Shown here: positions 1 to 8,414 of the stretch, piece after piece
How positions within the stretch are numbered: the first letter of the stretch is position 1
Layout: the number at the start of each line of letters is the position of its first letter
NCBI GenBank assembly: GCA_002794465.1
Contig: MTSL01000128.1
Coordinates: 20,790-41,527, forward strand
Length of the DNA stretch: 20,738 nt
Reading direction: 5' to 3'
DNA from: Paramicrosporidium saccamoebae KSL3
Lineage: Eukaryota; Fungi; Cryptomycota
The notes under the pieces: generated by a model
Told to the model about the DNA's origin: nothing
Databases searched by the model: none
What the model saw: the letters and a program-made list of their open reading frames with translations, nothing else
Translations under genes and position numbers: made by a program

Positions 1-212
1 TATCCCTCTCCTCCGTATCAATCAGCAAACCAGAGAAAAAGGTCAAAAAGAGTCGTCGTGCAAAAAAGACGGAAGATAAGCCAGAGGAATACAAGTGTAA
101 TGTCTGTCAAACAATATGCGAGACGCGAAATAAGCTATTTAAGCACATTGAATTGGAAGGCCATGCCCAAGCCGAAGTTGAACACAAAAAGACTTCTAGA
201 CGGCGTTTGTAA
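1..212 (+). CDS. 3' end of a gene with a C-terminal C2H2 zinc finger, resembling the DNAJC21/Jjj1 C-terminus (5'-truncated by the window; absent from the ORF track)
   Basis: Frame starting at nt 3 is open to TAA at 210-212: ...KPEKKVKKSRRAKKTEDKPEEYKCNVCQTICETRNKLFKHIELEGHAQAEVEHKKTSRRRL*. A C-x2-C...RNKLFxH-x4-GHA finger after a Lys-rich linker is typical of DNAJC21/Jjj1, but no J domain is visible in the window. Confidence 0.75.
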   Translation, partial: SLSSVSISKPEKKVKKSRRAKKTEDKPEEYKCNVCQTICETRNKLFKHIELEGHAQAEVEHKKTSRRRL

Positions 213-332
213 GTGGGTCTCCCACCATTGTCTCATATATTCGCGCACTATTCGCGCGCTATTTAATCTCAATCCATACCATTTATAAATATCGTAGACT
301 TTACTCACTAGACACTTCACACTGATAAGAAG

Positions 333-1478
333 CTATTTATTCAAAGTACGGACATTGGAAGATCGGAAGGGCCGGAGGGGTCGGGAGGAAGACTTCCGAA
401 CGGGACTGGAGAGAGCCAACAAGGGCTGTGAGACGTCCAAGGCGGCCAGACCGCCGATGGCAGGCGGCATGGACTCGAGAAAACCTTCCACATCATCCCA
501 TTCCTCCAGAACAAACGGCTCAGTCTCGCGCATAAAGCGGATCGCTTCAGCAGGCAGCCATTCGTGCAATTCCTCCTCCGTCACCTGCTCCATACACATG
601 AGCCGCAATAGCTCAATGTCCTCATTAATGAGAAAGGGCGAATCAAATTCGAAAAAGTATTGGGAACGGTCCTCCAACATTTCGCAATGTACACGACAAT
701 CACGCGGCGCATTGATGAGGATAAAGGGCAGTTGTAGCTTGTCAGAGGGTGGAGCATGCAGACTGGCAGTAGACAGCACGGTGGGCGGGGGAATATCGAC
801 GGTATGGTCATCACAGTCGGCGTTACGACGGATGAGATTTTTAAGGGCAGCCAGACGCTGCACCAACTCGCTCATTGTCTTGCGCTTTTCCTGAACACGT
901 TTTTCAGCAGCTGCAATAGTCTCCTCCAACTGTCGCATTTCAGTAGCCGTCTCATTGGGCAGGCCCAGCCAGCGGATCTCTTTTTTGTCTTTGCGGATTA
1001 CGTCAATGGCCATTAGCACATTGAGGGCATCATATACGCGACGTCGAATGTTTTTATGGTCACATTTACCCACCTCCTTTCCAATCTCTTGCACTAGCTC
1101 ATCAGCCACCTCGTTGTATGTTGTAGCACCCTTTTCTTCCACCTTGGCACATACTCGCGTGCTGAAATGGCGCAGACCTTTGTCGCCCTTGGCTGGAGTT
1201 GCACCCGGACTACTGCCATTTTCTGCATTAGTACTGACGCCCTTGGTCGGCCGTTTCCGTAGCGGCAATGCCGGCTTGGGCGGGGGAACTGTCGCATTGG
1301 GTGCTATCCGCACTGGAGCTCTTTCGCCGGCCATGTTCGCTGCTGCAAGTACCGCATCGAATGGCGATTCGAGCCGCTCCTCGGAACACGTCCGTTTCGT
1401 CAATGGCGCCAATGCCACCACGGTGCCTGTTGGTAGCAGTCTCTTCCGTCGAGCCGGACTATCTCGCCGTAATTCCAT
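333..1478 (-). CDS. TFDP1: DP-family transcription factor (E2F dimerisation partner)
   Basis: Winged-helix signature KGLRHFSTRVCAKVEEKGATTYNEVADELV...NIRRRVYDALNVLMAIDVIRKDKKEIRWLGLP, then a coiled coil and the DP C-terminal domain (LQLPFILIN...FFEFDSPFLINEDIELLRLM). First ATG is at 1478; the ORF is open to a GTG at 1508. Confidence 0.95.
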   Translation of the reverse strand: MELRRDSPARRKRLLPTGTVVALAPLTKRTCSEERLESPFDAVLAAANMAGERAPVRIAPNATVPPPKPALPLRKRPTKGVSTNAENGSSPGATPAKGDKGLRHFSTRVCAKVEEKGATTYNEVADELVQEIGKEVGKCDHKNIRRRVYDALNVLMAIDVIRKDKKEIRWLGLPNETATEMRQLEETIAAAEKRVQEKRKTMSELVQRLAALKNLIRRNADCDDHTVDIPPPTVLSTASLHAPPSDKLQLPFILINAPRDCRVHCEMLEDRSQYFFEFDSPFLINEDIELLRLMCMEQVTEEELHEWLPAEAIRFMRETEPFVLEEWDDVEGFLESMPPAIGGLAALDVSQPLLALSSPVRKSSSRPLRPFRSSNVRTLNK

Positions 1479-1763
1479 GTGGATGGATGGGCGCGCAAGA
1501 ATTGTCACCTGAAAAGGAATAAATGCTTTTATGACGTATGGGTTGAAGTTGGGATGAAGGGGGTTGGGAGTATGTAAACTAGGTAGAGATTGGGTATGAG
1601 GTATTGGGTGTGGGATATGAGGGATTGAGTATTAAGAGCTATGAGCTATAAACTAAGAGTTACAAACTGAATAGTATGTATGTGTTGAATATGGAAAATA
1701 GGGCTCGAGATACAAAGTTTTATTTATCATTTTAAGTGTCCTCTCCATTCAAAACTTTTCCAG

Positions 1764-2507
1764 TTAGTTGGGCATGATGAGATACCAATCCACTTCGACA
1801 GGATTTCGCACAGTGTCCATGTTAAGAGGAGTTTGGGGCATCCATCCACGACTTACAAAATAGTCATACAACTTGCCTGTCTTGTTTACGTCAATATGCA
1901 GCATTTTCTGGGCTGCACTCTTTTTGTAGAATCCCCGTTGATGATAGTTCTTCAGCAGGGTCTCTCGCGATTGGAAATATTGCAAGGGATATAGTCGTAG
2001 TGTGGAGCAGGTTTCAAATTCGCTCTCATCCAACAAGGAAGATCCAGGTGCCATGGTAATGTCAAGGGGCATGCCTGCTCGACTGGGACCACTGCGACGA
2101 CGGTGCAAGACGGCCTCGTACCAAATGCGTCGCTCCGAGACACCCGCTTCAGCACTATCCTCTGGCAATGGCTCGCCCATTGGAGCTGGAGAGCGGGTCA
2201 CTGTTGGACGCGCAGTCTGACTAAAGTTGGGCGAGCCTAGACTGGTGTCGCTATTGTCGTCGTCTGATCGCATCCGATGCGAATGTTTCTTCCTCTTCTT
2301 CTTGAGACTTGTTCCCTCTGTCCGCTGTGACGGCTGCTCCCAGGGCATAAAGGGTTCAATAACAATGATCCCATGCAGGATCTTGTCTGCCACTGAGGCA
2401 AGCTGCTTCAGCGATCGTTGTGGTTGATCCTGCTTGCGTCGACTTTTGTGGATGGATGCATCGATTGGTGTATTGACACGAATCACTGGGATGGATGGAT
2501 AAGACAT
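1764..2507 (-). CDS. SWIRM-domain protein (Fun19/YOR338W/Ada2-type C-terminal SWIRM)
   Basis: C-terminal LDITMAPGSSLLDESEFETCSTLRLYPLQYFQSRETLL...KKSAAQKMLHIDVNKTGKLYDYFVSRGWM matches the Ada2/Fun19 SWIRM pattern (C-x2-LRL-x-P-x2-Y; IDVNK). Basic NLS-like KKKRKKH upstream. No ZZ or SANT domain, so not full-length Ada2. Confidence 0.85.
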   Translation of the reverse strand: MSYPSIPVIRVNTPIDASIHKSRRKQDQPQRSLKQLASVADKILHGIIVIEPFMPWEQPSQRTEGTSLKKKRKKHSHRMRSDDDNSDTSLGSPNFSQTARPTVTRSPAPMGEPLPEDSAEAGVSERRIWYEAVLHRRRSGPSRAGMPLDITMAPGSSLLDESEFETCSTLRLYPLQYFQSRETLLKNYHQRGFYKKSAAQKMLHIDVNKTGKLYDYFVSRGWMPQTPLNMDTVRNPVEVDWYLIMPN

Positions 2508-2657
2508 TGTTGTGAGTTTTACAGTTCAAAAGACTACACTGTACGACCCGTCTACAACCAACAAGAAAACTCCGACGTAAACAATCGTCTTGATCGACCA
2601 ATCAGCAGAGGGCGACCAGGTGTTATGTGAGCGATACAAAAGAGCCAGGGTGTATAA

Positions 2658-2722
2658 TGTAGTGTGATGTAGTGTAGTGTGGTGTAGTGTAGTGTGGTGT
2701 GATATAGTGTGGTGCGATATAT
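2658..2722. repeat. Degenerate 5-bp tandem repeat (TGTAG/TGTGG/TGTGA) x ~13
   Basis: tgtag tgtga tgtag tgtag tgtgg tgtag tgtag tgtgg tgtga tatag tgtgg tgcga tatat; intergenic, upstream of the SWIRM gene. Confidence 0.85.
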
Positions 2723-2985
2723 TGGTGTAGATGCAGGTTATGAAAATAGGTTATCGCAAGACATTTCATTTAATTAGACTCTCGATGATACGGTCTGAGG
2801 TCTGATGAGGGTGAACACTTGGAAATGGGGCGCGTTTTGACATGGCTTAATTATGAATCCCTTCAATAAGGCGTCACTCCTTTCAGTCTCGATTTTAATT
2901 CATCCCCAACACTAATATCAATTCAACACCAACTTTATCCTCAAACTTTAGTGCTATTAGTGCCACTCATATTTTCACAGAATTG

Positions 2986-4113
2986 TTATATCCGCATAAT
3001 TGTAATCTGATCGGTGGAGGTGACGCCAATCCAATCGGGAGAGGAGGCGGTCCAGAGAATGGATTGTAATGGCACAGGATCGAGCATAGAGTCGGTTCCA
3101 TTTTCAGCCATCGCCAGCGATGACCCCTCAAAGGCCCATTTACAGCCGGGCAGCTTGTCATACTCGGCCAAGTCCCACAGCCGCAGCGTGTTTTCGTCGG
3201 CTGTCATGATGTGGGAGGAGGAGGAGGGTGACCAACGCAGAGCTACTACCGGCCCTGAATGGTCCATGAGCTCTGCTGCGGGAACACTCGGCATGCGAAT
3301 GTCCATGACTACGGCTTTGCTCGAGTCGGCAGCAAAGGTGGCCAGATAATTGGGGTCGTTTGGATTCCATTGCACCCGAAGGAGCGGACGGGCATCTGCG
3401 CTTTCATAAATAATGGTTGAATGATCCAATGTGCGCGTATCAAAGAGTCGCAGACTCCCATCGGCTCCAACAGAGACAAAAGTGTCAGTGGAGACGGGTG
3501 AGAAGGAAACGTCAAAAACCTCCTTATCGTGGGCAATCAATTGGGTCCTAATGCTTCCCGTCTCCAAACACCAAACAGTACAGGTCGTGTCATAGGATGC
3601 TGTGACCAGCAGAGTCGGATCCAATTTGTTCCAATCAAACGATGTGACTGGTGCGGGGGGATTAGTGTCGCCGTTACGGTCCATTGCGCCAAAGTCTTCG
3701 CTTGCCCGACGCGGCGTTTGTCGACTGACGAGACGGCCGGTCAGTGTGTATCCAGGCTCACCCACCTTCCAAATGTACACGCCATCCCCGCTGGCTGCCA
3801 AATACTCGCCACCCTTTAGCTTTCCCGGACTCCAAAGTAGCTTTGTGGCCACATATTCAATGGGCAGGGCGTCCACAGTGACCTGAAACTCGGAGGAGGA
3901 GGGCGATGGCAAGGAGAGCACCTGAATGTAGTTGTGCGAAGAGGGAAGGAAGGAGCCCACGGCGAGGGTGCAAAAGGAGGCCGATGACCAGTCGCAAGCA
4001 TAATGCGGCCAAGCCGTACTTTTTCGTTTCATGGTGTGACTGGAAAAGGGTGTGGATCCTTTAACGTCGACGGCATTGGGGAGAGAAAATCTCCCCTTGA
4101 CCTCTGCAGTCAT
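2986..4113 (-). CDS. DCAF7: DCAF7/WDR68/AN11-family WD40 protein (DYRK scaffold)
   Basis: Family-typical segments WPHYACDW...LAVGSF, APVTSFDWNKLDPTLLVTASYDTTCTVWCLE, IRTQLIAHDKEVFDVSF, SVGADGSLRLFDTRTLDHSTIIYES, PLLRVQWNPNDPNYLAT, MDIRMPSVPAAEL. First ATG is at 4113 (the track start at 4131 is a TTG). Confidence 0.93.
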   Translation of the reverse strand: MTAEVKGRFSLPNAVDVKGSTPFSSHTMKRKSTAWPHYACDWSSASFCTLAVGSFLPSSHNYIQVLSLPSPSSSEFQVTVDALPIEYVATKLLWSPGKLKGGEYLAASGDGVYIWKVGEPGYTLTGRLVSRQTPRRASEDFGAMDRNGDTNPPAPVTSFDWNKLDPTLLVTASYDTTCTVWCLETGSIRTQLIAHDKEVFDVSFSPVSTDTFVSVGADGSLRLFDTRTLDHSTIIYESADARPLLRVQWNPNDPNYLATFAADSSKAVVMDIRMPSVPAAELMDHSGPVVALRWSPSSSSHIMTADENTLRLWDLAEYDKLPGCKWAFEGSSLAMAENGTDSMLDPVPLQSILWTASSPDWIGVTSTDQITIMRI

Positions 4114-4283
4114 GACCGTCAAGTACGACAAATTGATTTATTTAAGATAAGGAGGGTGATGGTACAAATAGTGAGTCGGTGTTAACAGTAAAAGGGTCTG
4201 TCTGGGTCGGACTCGCCGATAATAAGTGGATGCTGTTTAGCAGGGTCATTTTAATCACTATAACTCGTAGTTTCATAAAATCT

Positions 4284-4303
4284 CAACCAACCAACCAACC
4301 AAC
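4284..4303. repeat. (CAAC)5 microsatellite
   Basis: caaccaaccaaccaaccaac in the DCAF7/A1 intergenic spacer. Confidence 0.8.
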
Positions 4304-4355
4304 TAATCGCTCATGCTATTTAGATGCTATCCCCAAATCGGAATGGATTTATTGG

Positions 4356-6158
4356 CTATCTGCTAGCTTTTTTGAGTGACAGGACTGAAAGCTCGTTCGC
4401 CAGCTCATCCACCGGCTCATCCACCAGCTCATCCACGGAATCGCTGCTTAGTAAAGACATGGCGGTGGGCATTTGCGTCTTAAACTTAATCCTAGAGCCC
4501 CTTCCAAATCGGATCTGGCAGTACCGGTCAGTCATTACGCTCAGCATCCAGTTATATTCAGAGTATGACCAGGGTTCAGTGCTTTCATCAATCAGTGTTT
4601 CCTGTAGAGGAATACCAAGGAAAAATAGCATTACCGTTCTGACTGCAGTAGCCGCGCTCCATATGTCCGCCTCCACTGCGTTTGGGATACGCCACGTGAC
4701 AACGTCCTCTCCTTGGCAGGGATCTATGCGGGGGTGATAGAGGGATTGGTGGTAAATGTCTGCTACCACTTGGCATTCGACACATTCAATCGTGGCGGGA
4801 AGGTCGAGTCTGACACGATGAAGGATAGTGGCCAGGAATTGTGGATCGCAGTACTTTCCAAAGTTTATCAGTGGTGCAATCAAATGGGGAACAAAGGGAC
4901 AGTCCGCAACGGTGAGGATTATATCCAATATTCGATAGGTATTGTACAACTGGAGAGTCTCAAAGAGTTCACCGGGAGAACCAAACAGTGACAGCAAATG
5001 TTTGGCAACCAAAAGTTTGCGATGATTATATTCTGGATGATTATGGAAGGATGTGAGAGCGCAGAGGAAATCAAAGACCTGCACAGTTCCAATCCGAGAC
5101 AGCTGCAGACTTTCCATGGCACCGGTTGAATACTGCAGGGATCGATGAAACATGCCGAGCACGCGCAGTCCGTCGCCTAGAAGCGCCCATGCTGCCACAA
5201 CTTGCTTCCGCATGGTCGACACCTGTTGAATCAGAGCAAGATCTTCCTCTTCAAACCTATGGTAAAGGACACCCCATTGGTCTAGCACGATTTTGGGGAA
5301 ATATTCGAGCATCACCTGCATGTACTGGTAAAAGGAGCCGGCAACGTGCCAATCACCGCTCGTGTACAGGTCGATTTCAAAGAGGTAGATTTTGATCAGT
5401 GCGCGTTGAACAAATCCAAGCTTTTCGCCCCCACTCAAGGTCGAGTTAATCTTTTTTGCCAACTCCCGAAAGATGCGCAAGTTGCCAGTGTTTTCCAGGG
5501 AATAGAGGGCCCAATAGTAGAGAATATTTCGAGGGATCACGAGCTTAAAGGTCTGAAACAGCGCCAACTGGAACTTGATGTTGAAGCGGGAGTAATCAAT
5601 TACGGGGAGGACGATTAGGGCCGGTCTGCGAATTCGACGCAGGAGATGCTCCAACAGCGGTTGCACATGGCTACGCATTCTCCGATAGTAATTAGGCTCG
5701 CCCTTTTTAGCAGCGCCTGTCTTGAGCAGCAGAGGGAATTTATCAAAGGGTAAGCCACAACAACGATGCCTTGGATATCCTTCACATAGGCGTTCACTAA
5801 AGTATTGTGTGCACTTGAAGATGCGTAGGACCCGGAACACTTTTGGTTCTGATGGGATCGGTATACACAGTTGACTCGCCAAAGCCTCGAGATTTGGCAA
5901 AGAGGTTGCGGAGATTAGCTCAGAATGCTCTTCCAAAAGATCCAAATAATCCAATCGGGCAGAAATTTCCTCACCCACAGCAAGGGGGGCCGTTACGCGA
6001 AGCACAATCGATGATAATCGGAGAGGACGGGTGCTCTGATATTCCAATGTCTCTGGAGCGCTACTCGGCTGATCGCTGTTACTGCCTGCGCCAAATCGTG
6101 CCAAGAAAAGTAGCACCAGAATGAACACCATGTCCAAATCAACAATGTTTAAAGCCAT
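4356..6158 (-). CDS. Uncharacterised secreted protein, 591-600 aa, divergent family A member (A1)
   Basis: Intact 600-codon ORF. Hydrophobic N-terminus MVFILVLLFLARFGAGS from the second ATG at 6131. Ordered motif matches to A3/A4: YWA; GDW..F..Y-x8-P; FL..P-x3-HR; VRTVMLFFLGIP. Confidence 0.8.
   Translation of the reverse strand: MALNIVDLDMVFILVLLFLARFGAGSNSDQPSSAPETLEYQSTRPLRLSSIVLRVTAPLAVGEEISARLDYLDLLEEHSELISATSLPNLEALASQLCIPIPSEPKVFRVLRIFKCTQYFSERLCEGYPRHRCCGLPFDKFPLLLKTGAAKKGEPNYYRRMRSHVQPLLEHLLRRIRRPALIVLPVIDYSRFNIKFQLALFQTFKLVIPRNILYYWALYSLENTGNLRIFRELAKKINSTLSGGEKLGFVQRALIKIYLFEIDLYTSGDWHVAGSFYQYMQVMLEYFPKIVLDQWGVLYHRFEEEDLALIQQVSTMRKQVVAAWALLGDGLRVLGMFHRSLQYSTGAMESLQLSRIGTVQVFDFLCALTSFHNHPEYNHRKLLVAKHLLSLFGSPGELFETLQLYNTYRILDIILTVADCPFVPHLIAPLINFGKYCDPQFLATILHRVRLDLPATIECVECQVVADIYHQSLYHPRIDPCQGEDVVTWRIPNAVEADIWSAATAVRTVMLFFLGIPLQETLIDESTEPWSYSEYNWMLSVMTDRYCQIRFGRGSRIKFKTQMPTAMSLLSSDSVDELVDEPVDELANELSVLSLKKASR
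4401..4436 (-). repeat. 12-bp coding tandem repeat x3 (VDEL-VDEP-VDEL)
   Basis: + strand cagctcatccac cggctcatccac cagctcatccac near the C-terminus of A1. Confidence 0.9.
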
Positions 6159-6470
6159 TTATCCATTTTAGGTGCAACTTCTGATGCCGAACAGTCCATA
6201 TTTGGTCTGTTTACAATGGCAAAATTAGGTTAACGGGTTTCTGTGAGAGTATATCAGTGCCACATCCAGAAACCCTAAATAAAGAGCTTGATATAAAAAA
6301 CTATATTAACAGATCAGAAGGGCAAATTATGAAACGGCATGTTTACGGATCAAAGTTAATGGCCTTTTAATGCAAATCTCGGATCTACGGAACACAAACC
6401 TCATGCGAACTTTACATAACCCTCACACAAATCTCACGCGAATATTAGATGATTCAACCGACTCTCAGTG

Positions 6471-7927
6471 CTAAAAGGTGGACCACGCTAGAAATCGGCA
6501 ATAACTCTTGGTGTACATGATATGGTTCAGTTGCCATTCCTGCATTACCATGTTTAGGGTTGTAATGTGCTTCTGGAGCTCAAATGACGATTTGGAGAGC
6601 GCATCACAGTAGCTGGAATCCAAGATGACAAACGGTTGTTGATAGACAATTATAGAAAAGACTATGAGATGAAAGACTTCTCCAAGAATGAATTCATCGA
6701 CCCAATTGCCTGGTTTGATCACTCGAATGCTTTTGTCGCTAAGAATGCTGAATTGGAAATGACGAGAGACCAGATCGTCGAGTCTCTCACAAAGCTGAGA
6801 GTACGTCAGGTGGTGGTAGTGGCCGGGTTGAAGCATAATGTCGTCACCAAAGGACGGCAGCATGTACCAACGTCGATAAAAATTAAACGCCAAGTTAGGC
6901 CCATCTCAAGTTGCAGAGAGGTGGGATAGAGACTTTTAGTGATCCCCTTTTCCCTCAGTAAAACCTCATCATAGCCAATGTCGACGGTACTAAAGAGCAA
7001 TCGCTTGTCATTCACGTCCAGATTGGAAAGGGCGGAATCATAGGCAAATAAGATAATTTCACTATGGGCCACAGTGGCTAGCGAACGAGTCTGCTGAGCG
7101 AGCACCGGTAAGAGACCATCTAGACTACATTTCCGTAACCAAAACCGCAAGATGAGGAGAGCGTTTGTGTCGTCGGTCACAGTAAAGAAGGGAATGGGAA
7201 AGAGGTCACATGTCAATTCGGTTTGTGGACAGTTTGCTAATGCGGCAAGGAGTGAGCTGATGGGAGATTCGTGGCGCCTGGGACAGAGCACGTCCAGGAG
7301 AACGCTGGCTCCCCTCATAGCATCCACAGAGCGAAAGAGGGACTCGATGGGAGCAACAGAGATAGCTTTGCTGATTCGGTAATGTATCCTGGACACTGAT
7401 TCGAATGCACACTGGTGAGTGAAGATTCGTAAAATGTTGACCCCGTCCCAGAGGTCGTCGCTGTCAATAAGACTGTCGGGGATATTCTCGCACCAGTTTG
7501 GATATCTCTGGACATTGGTCATCAATACTCGCCATTCTTCAACACTCCCATTTTCTGGCGTCTGGGAAATGGCCATAGGCCATCTCCGCTGCATAACCAA
7601 ATGTCTTGCCTCCTGATACTTGCTGTGATCGAGACAGCCAGGACTGAGGAGGACCTGACGATCATACTCTGACAGTGACTCTGCCATCTCCACCATCAAA
7701 TGAATGTCCTCGAGGGTGTAGAGACGACAGGACCATTCGTAATAGCCTCGGAGGTTCACGGCGGGATGGGAGAGGAGACGCAGTAAGTTGTATAAATTAC
7801 GGGGCTTTACCACGATGCTGTCAAACACTCCTTCCGTTGTCTTGTGATCCACAAACTGAGGGGAGGAGGGATAACGGATGAAAAACGATGATGCACCCGT
7901 CACCCAACACCAAGCTGTCAATTTCAT
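6471..7927 (-). CDS. Uncharacterised, possibly secreted protein (A2), modelled as join(7927..6934, 6904..6471), 475 aa; alternatively a frameshifted gene
   Basis: Two overlapping ORFs (373 aa and 140 aa) in different frames. Removing the 29-nt GTCTCT...CTTGAG at 6905-6933 fuses them. N-terminus MKLTAWCWVTGASS is only a weak signal peptide. C-terminal P-x25-PF-x-I-x3-S-Y-x-D matches A3. Confidence 0.6.
6905..6933 (-). other. Tentative 29-nt intron (GTC donor, GAG acceptor)
   Basis: Only short GT..AG interval found that removes the blocking TGA and restores the frame. Length fits the other introns, but both ends are atypical. Confidence 0.4.
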
Positions 7928-8163
7928 AGACGGTGTGCTTAAATGCCGTTACGTGAGATTAACGTTTATGCACGATTAACATTAATATAAATGTGAGATG
8001 GTATAACCACGGACGAGCGACCCCAATAAGGGATCTTTATGAGAGGATGTCACATGCAGGTTGATGATGATTCATATTTAACATTAATAAAAGACAGGCA
8101 TAGTTATGGATAATTTCCAAGATGCATCAATGCTTGCTGGCGCTTGAGGTCCACGTATAATAG

Positions 8164-8182
8164 TGTCGCGTAGTGGGGATAA
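8164..8182. promoter_or_regulatory. 19-bp element TGTCGCGTAGTGGGGATAA, identical to 20687-20705
   Basis: Exact match between two intergenic regions, each upstream of a putative secreted-protein gene (A2 and B3). Confidence 0.55.
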
Positions 8183-8251
8183 ATAGTATGTGTACATGTC
8201 TTACTGTCCCCAAATACCCAGCAAAGCGATCCACTCTAGCACACAAATACG

Positions 8252-8284
8252 TCTCACTGTTCTCAAATACCCGACTAATCAATC
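8252..8284. repeat. Dispersed 33-bp intergenic element, copy 1 (28/33 identical to 10561-10593)
   Basis: tctcactgttctcaaatacccgactaatcaatc versus tctcactgtcctcaaatgcccagataatcaatc. Confidence 0.75.
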
Positions 8285-8363
8285 CTCTGCCTCTACGTCA
8301 AATACCTAACTAATCAATCTGCTACGTCACATGCCCAACTAATCAATCCTCTGCCTCTACGTC
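8265..8363. repeat. Imperfect tandem repeat x3 (35/29/35 bp), core ACTAATCAATC...CTACGTCA
   Basis: aaatacccgactaatcaatcctctgcctctacgtc / aaatacctaactaatcaatctgctacgtc / acatgcccaactaatcaatcctctgcctctacgtc. Confidence 0.85.
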
Positions 8364-8414
8364 ACAATAGAATCTCTGATGACTCTGCCAGTAGTTTTGT
8401 ACACACTCGTACCA

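Noticed and set aside
239-260. Tandem ATTCGCGC motifs resembling E2F sites next to the DP gene
   Set aside because: They lie between two convergent stop codons, not in a promoter; only two short copies.
58-288. 76-aa + strand ORF in the track
   Set aside because: Overlaps the zinc-finger frame (+3), which has a recognisable motif; this frame has none.
955-1512. Long + strand ORFs antisense to real genes (also 355-894, 8379-9014, 9688-10098, 15613-16038 and others)
   Set aside because: Shadow ORFs of GC-balanced minus-strand CDSs, with no recognisable domains.
1509-1535. Possible 27-nt intron (GTCATA...TTTTCAG) just upstream of the DP ORF
   Set aside because: Good acceptor but a GTC donor, and the upstream in-frame sequence reaches a stop without an ATG. 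At most a 5' UTR intron, which cannot be supported without cDNA.
4356-4373. C-terminal KKASR of A1 as a dilysine ER-retrieval signal
   Set aside because: Lysines are at -5/-4 rather than -4/-3 or -5/-3, and there is no nearby transmembrane segment.
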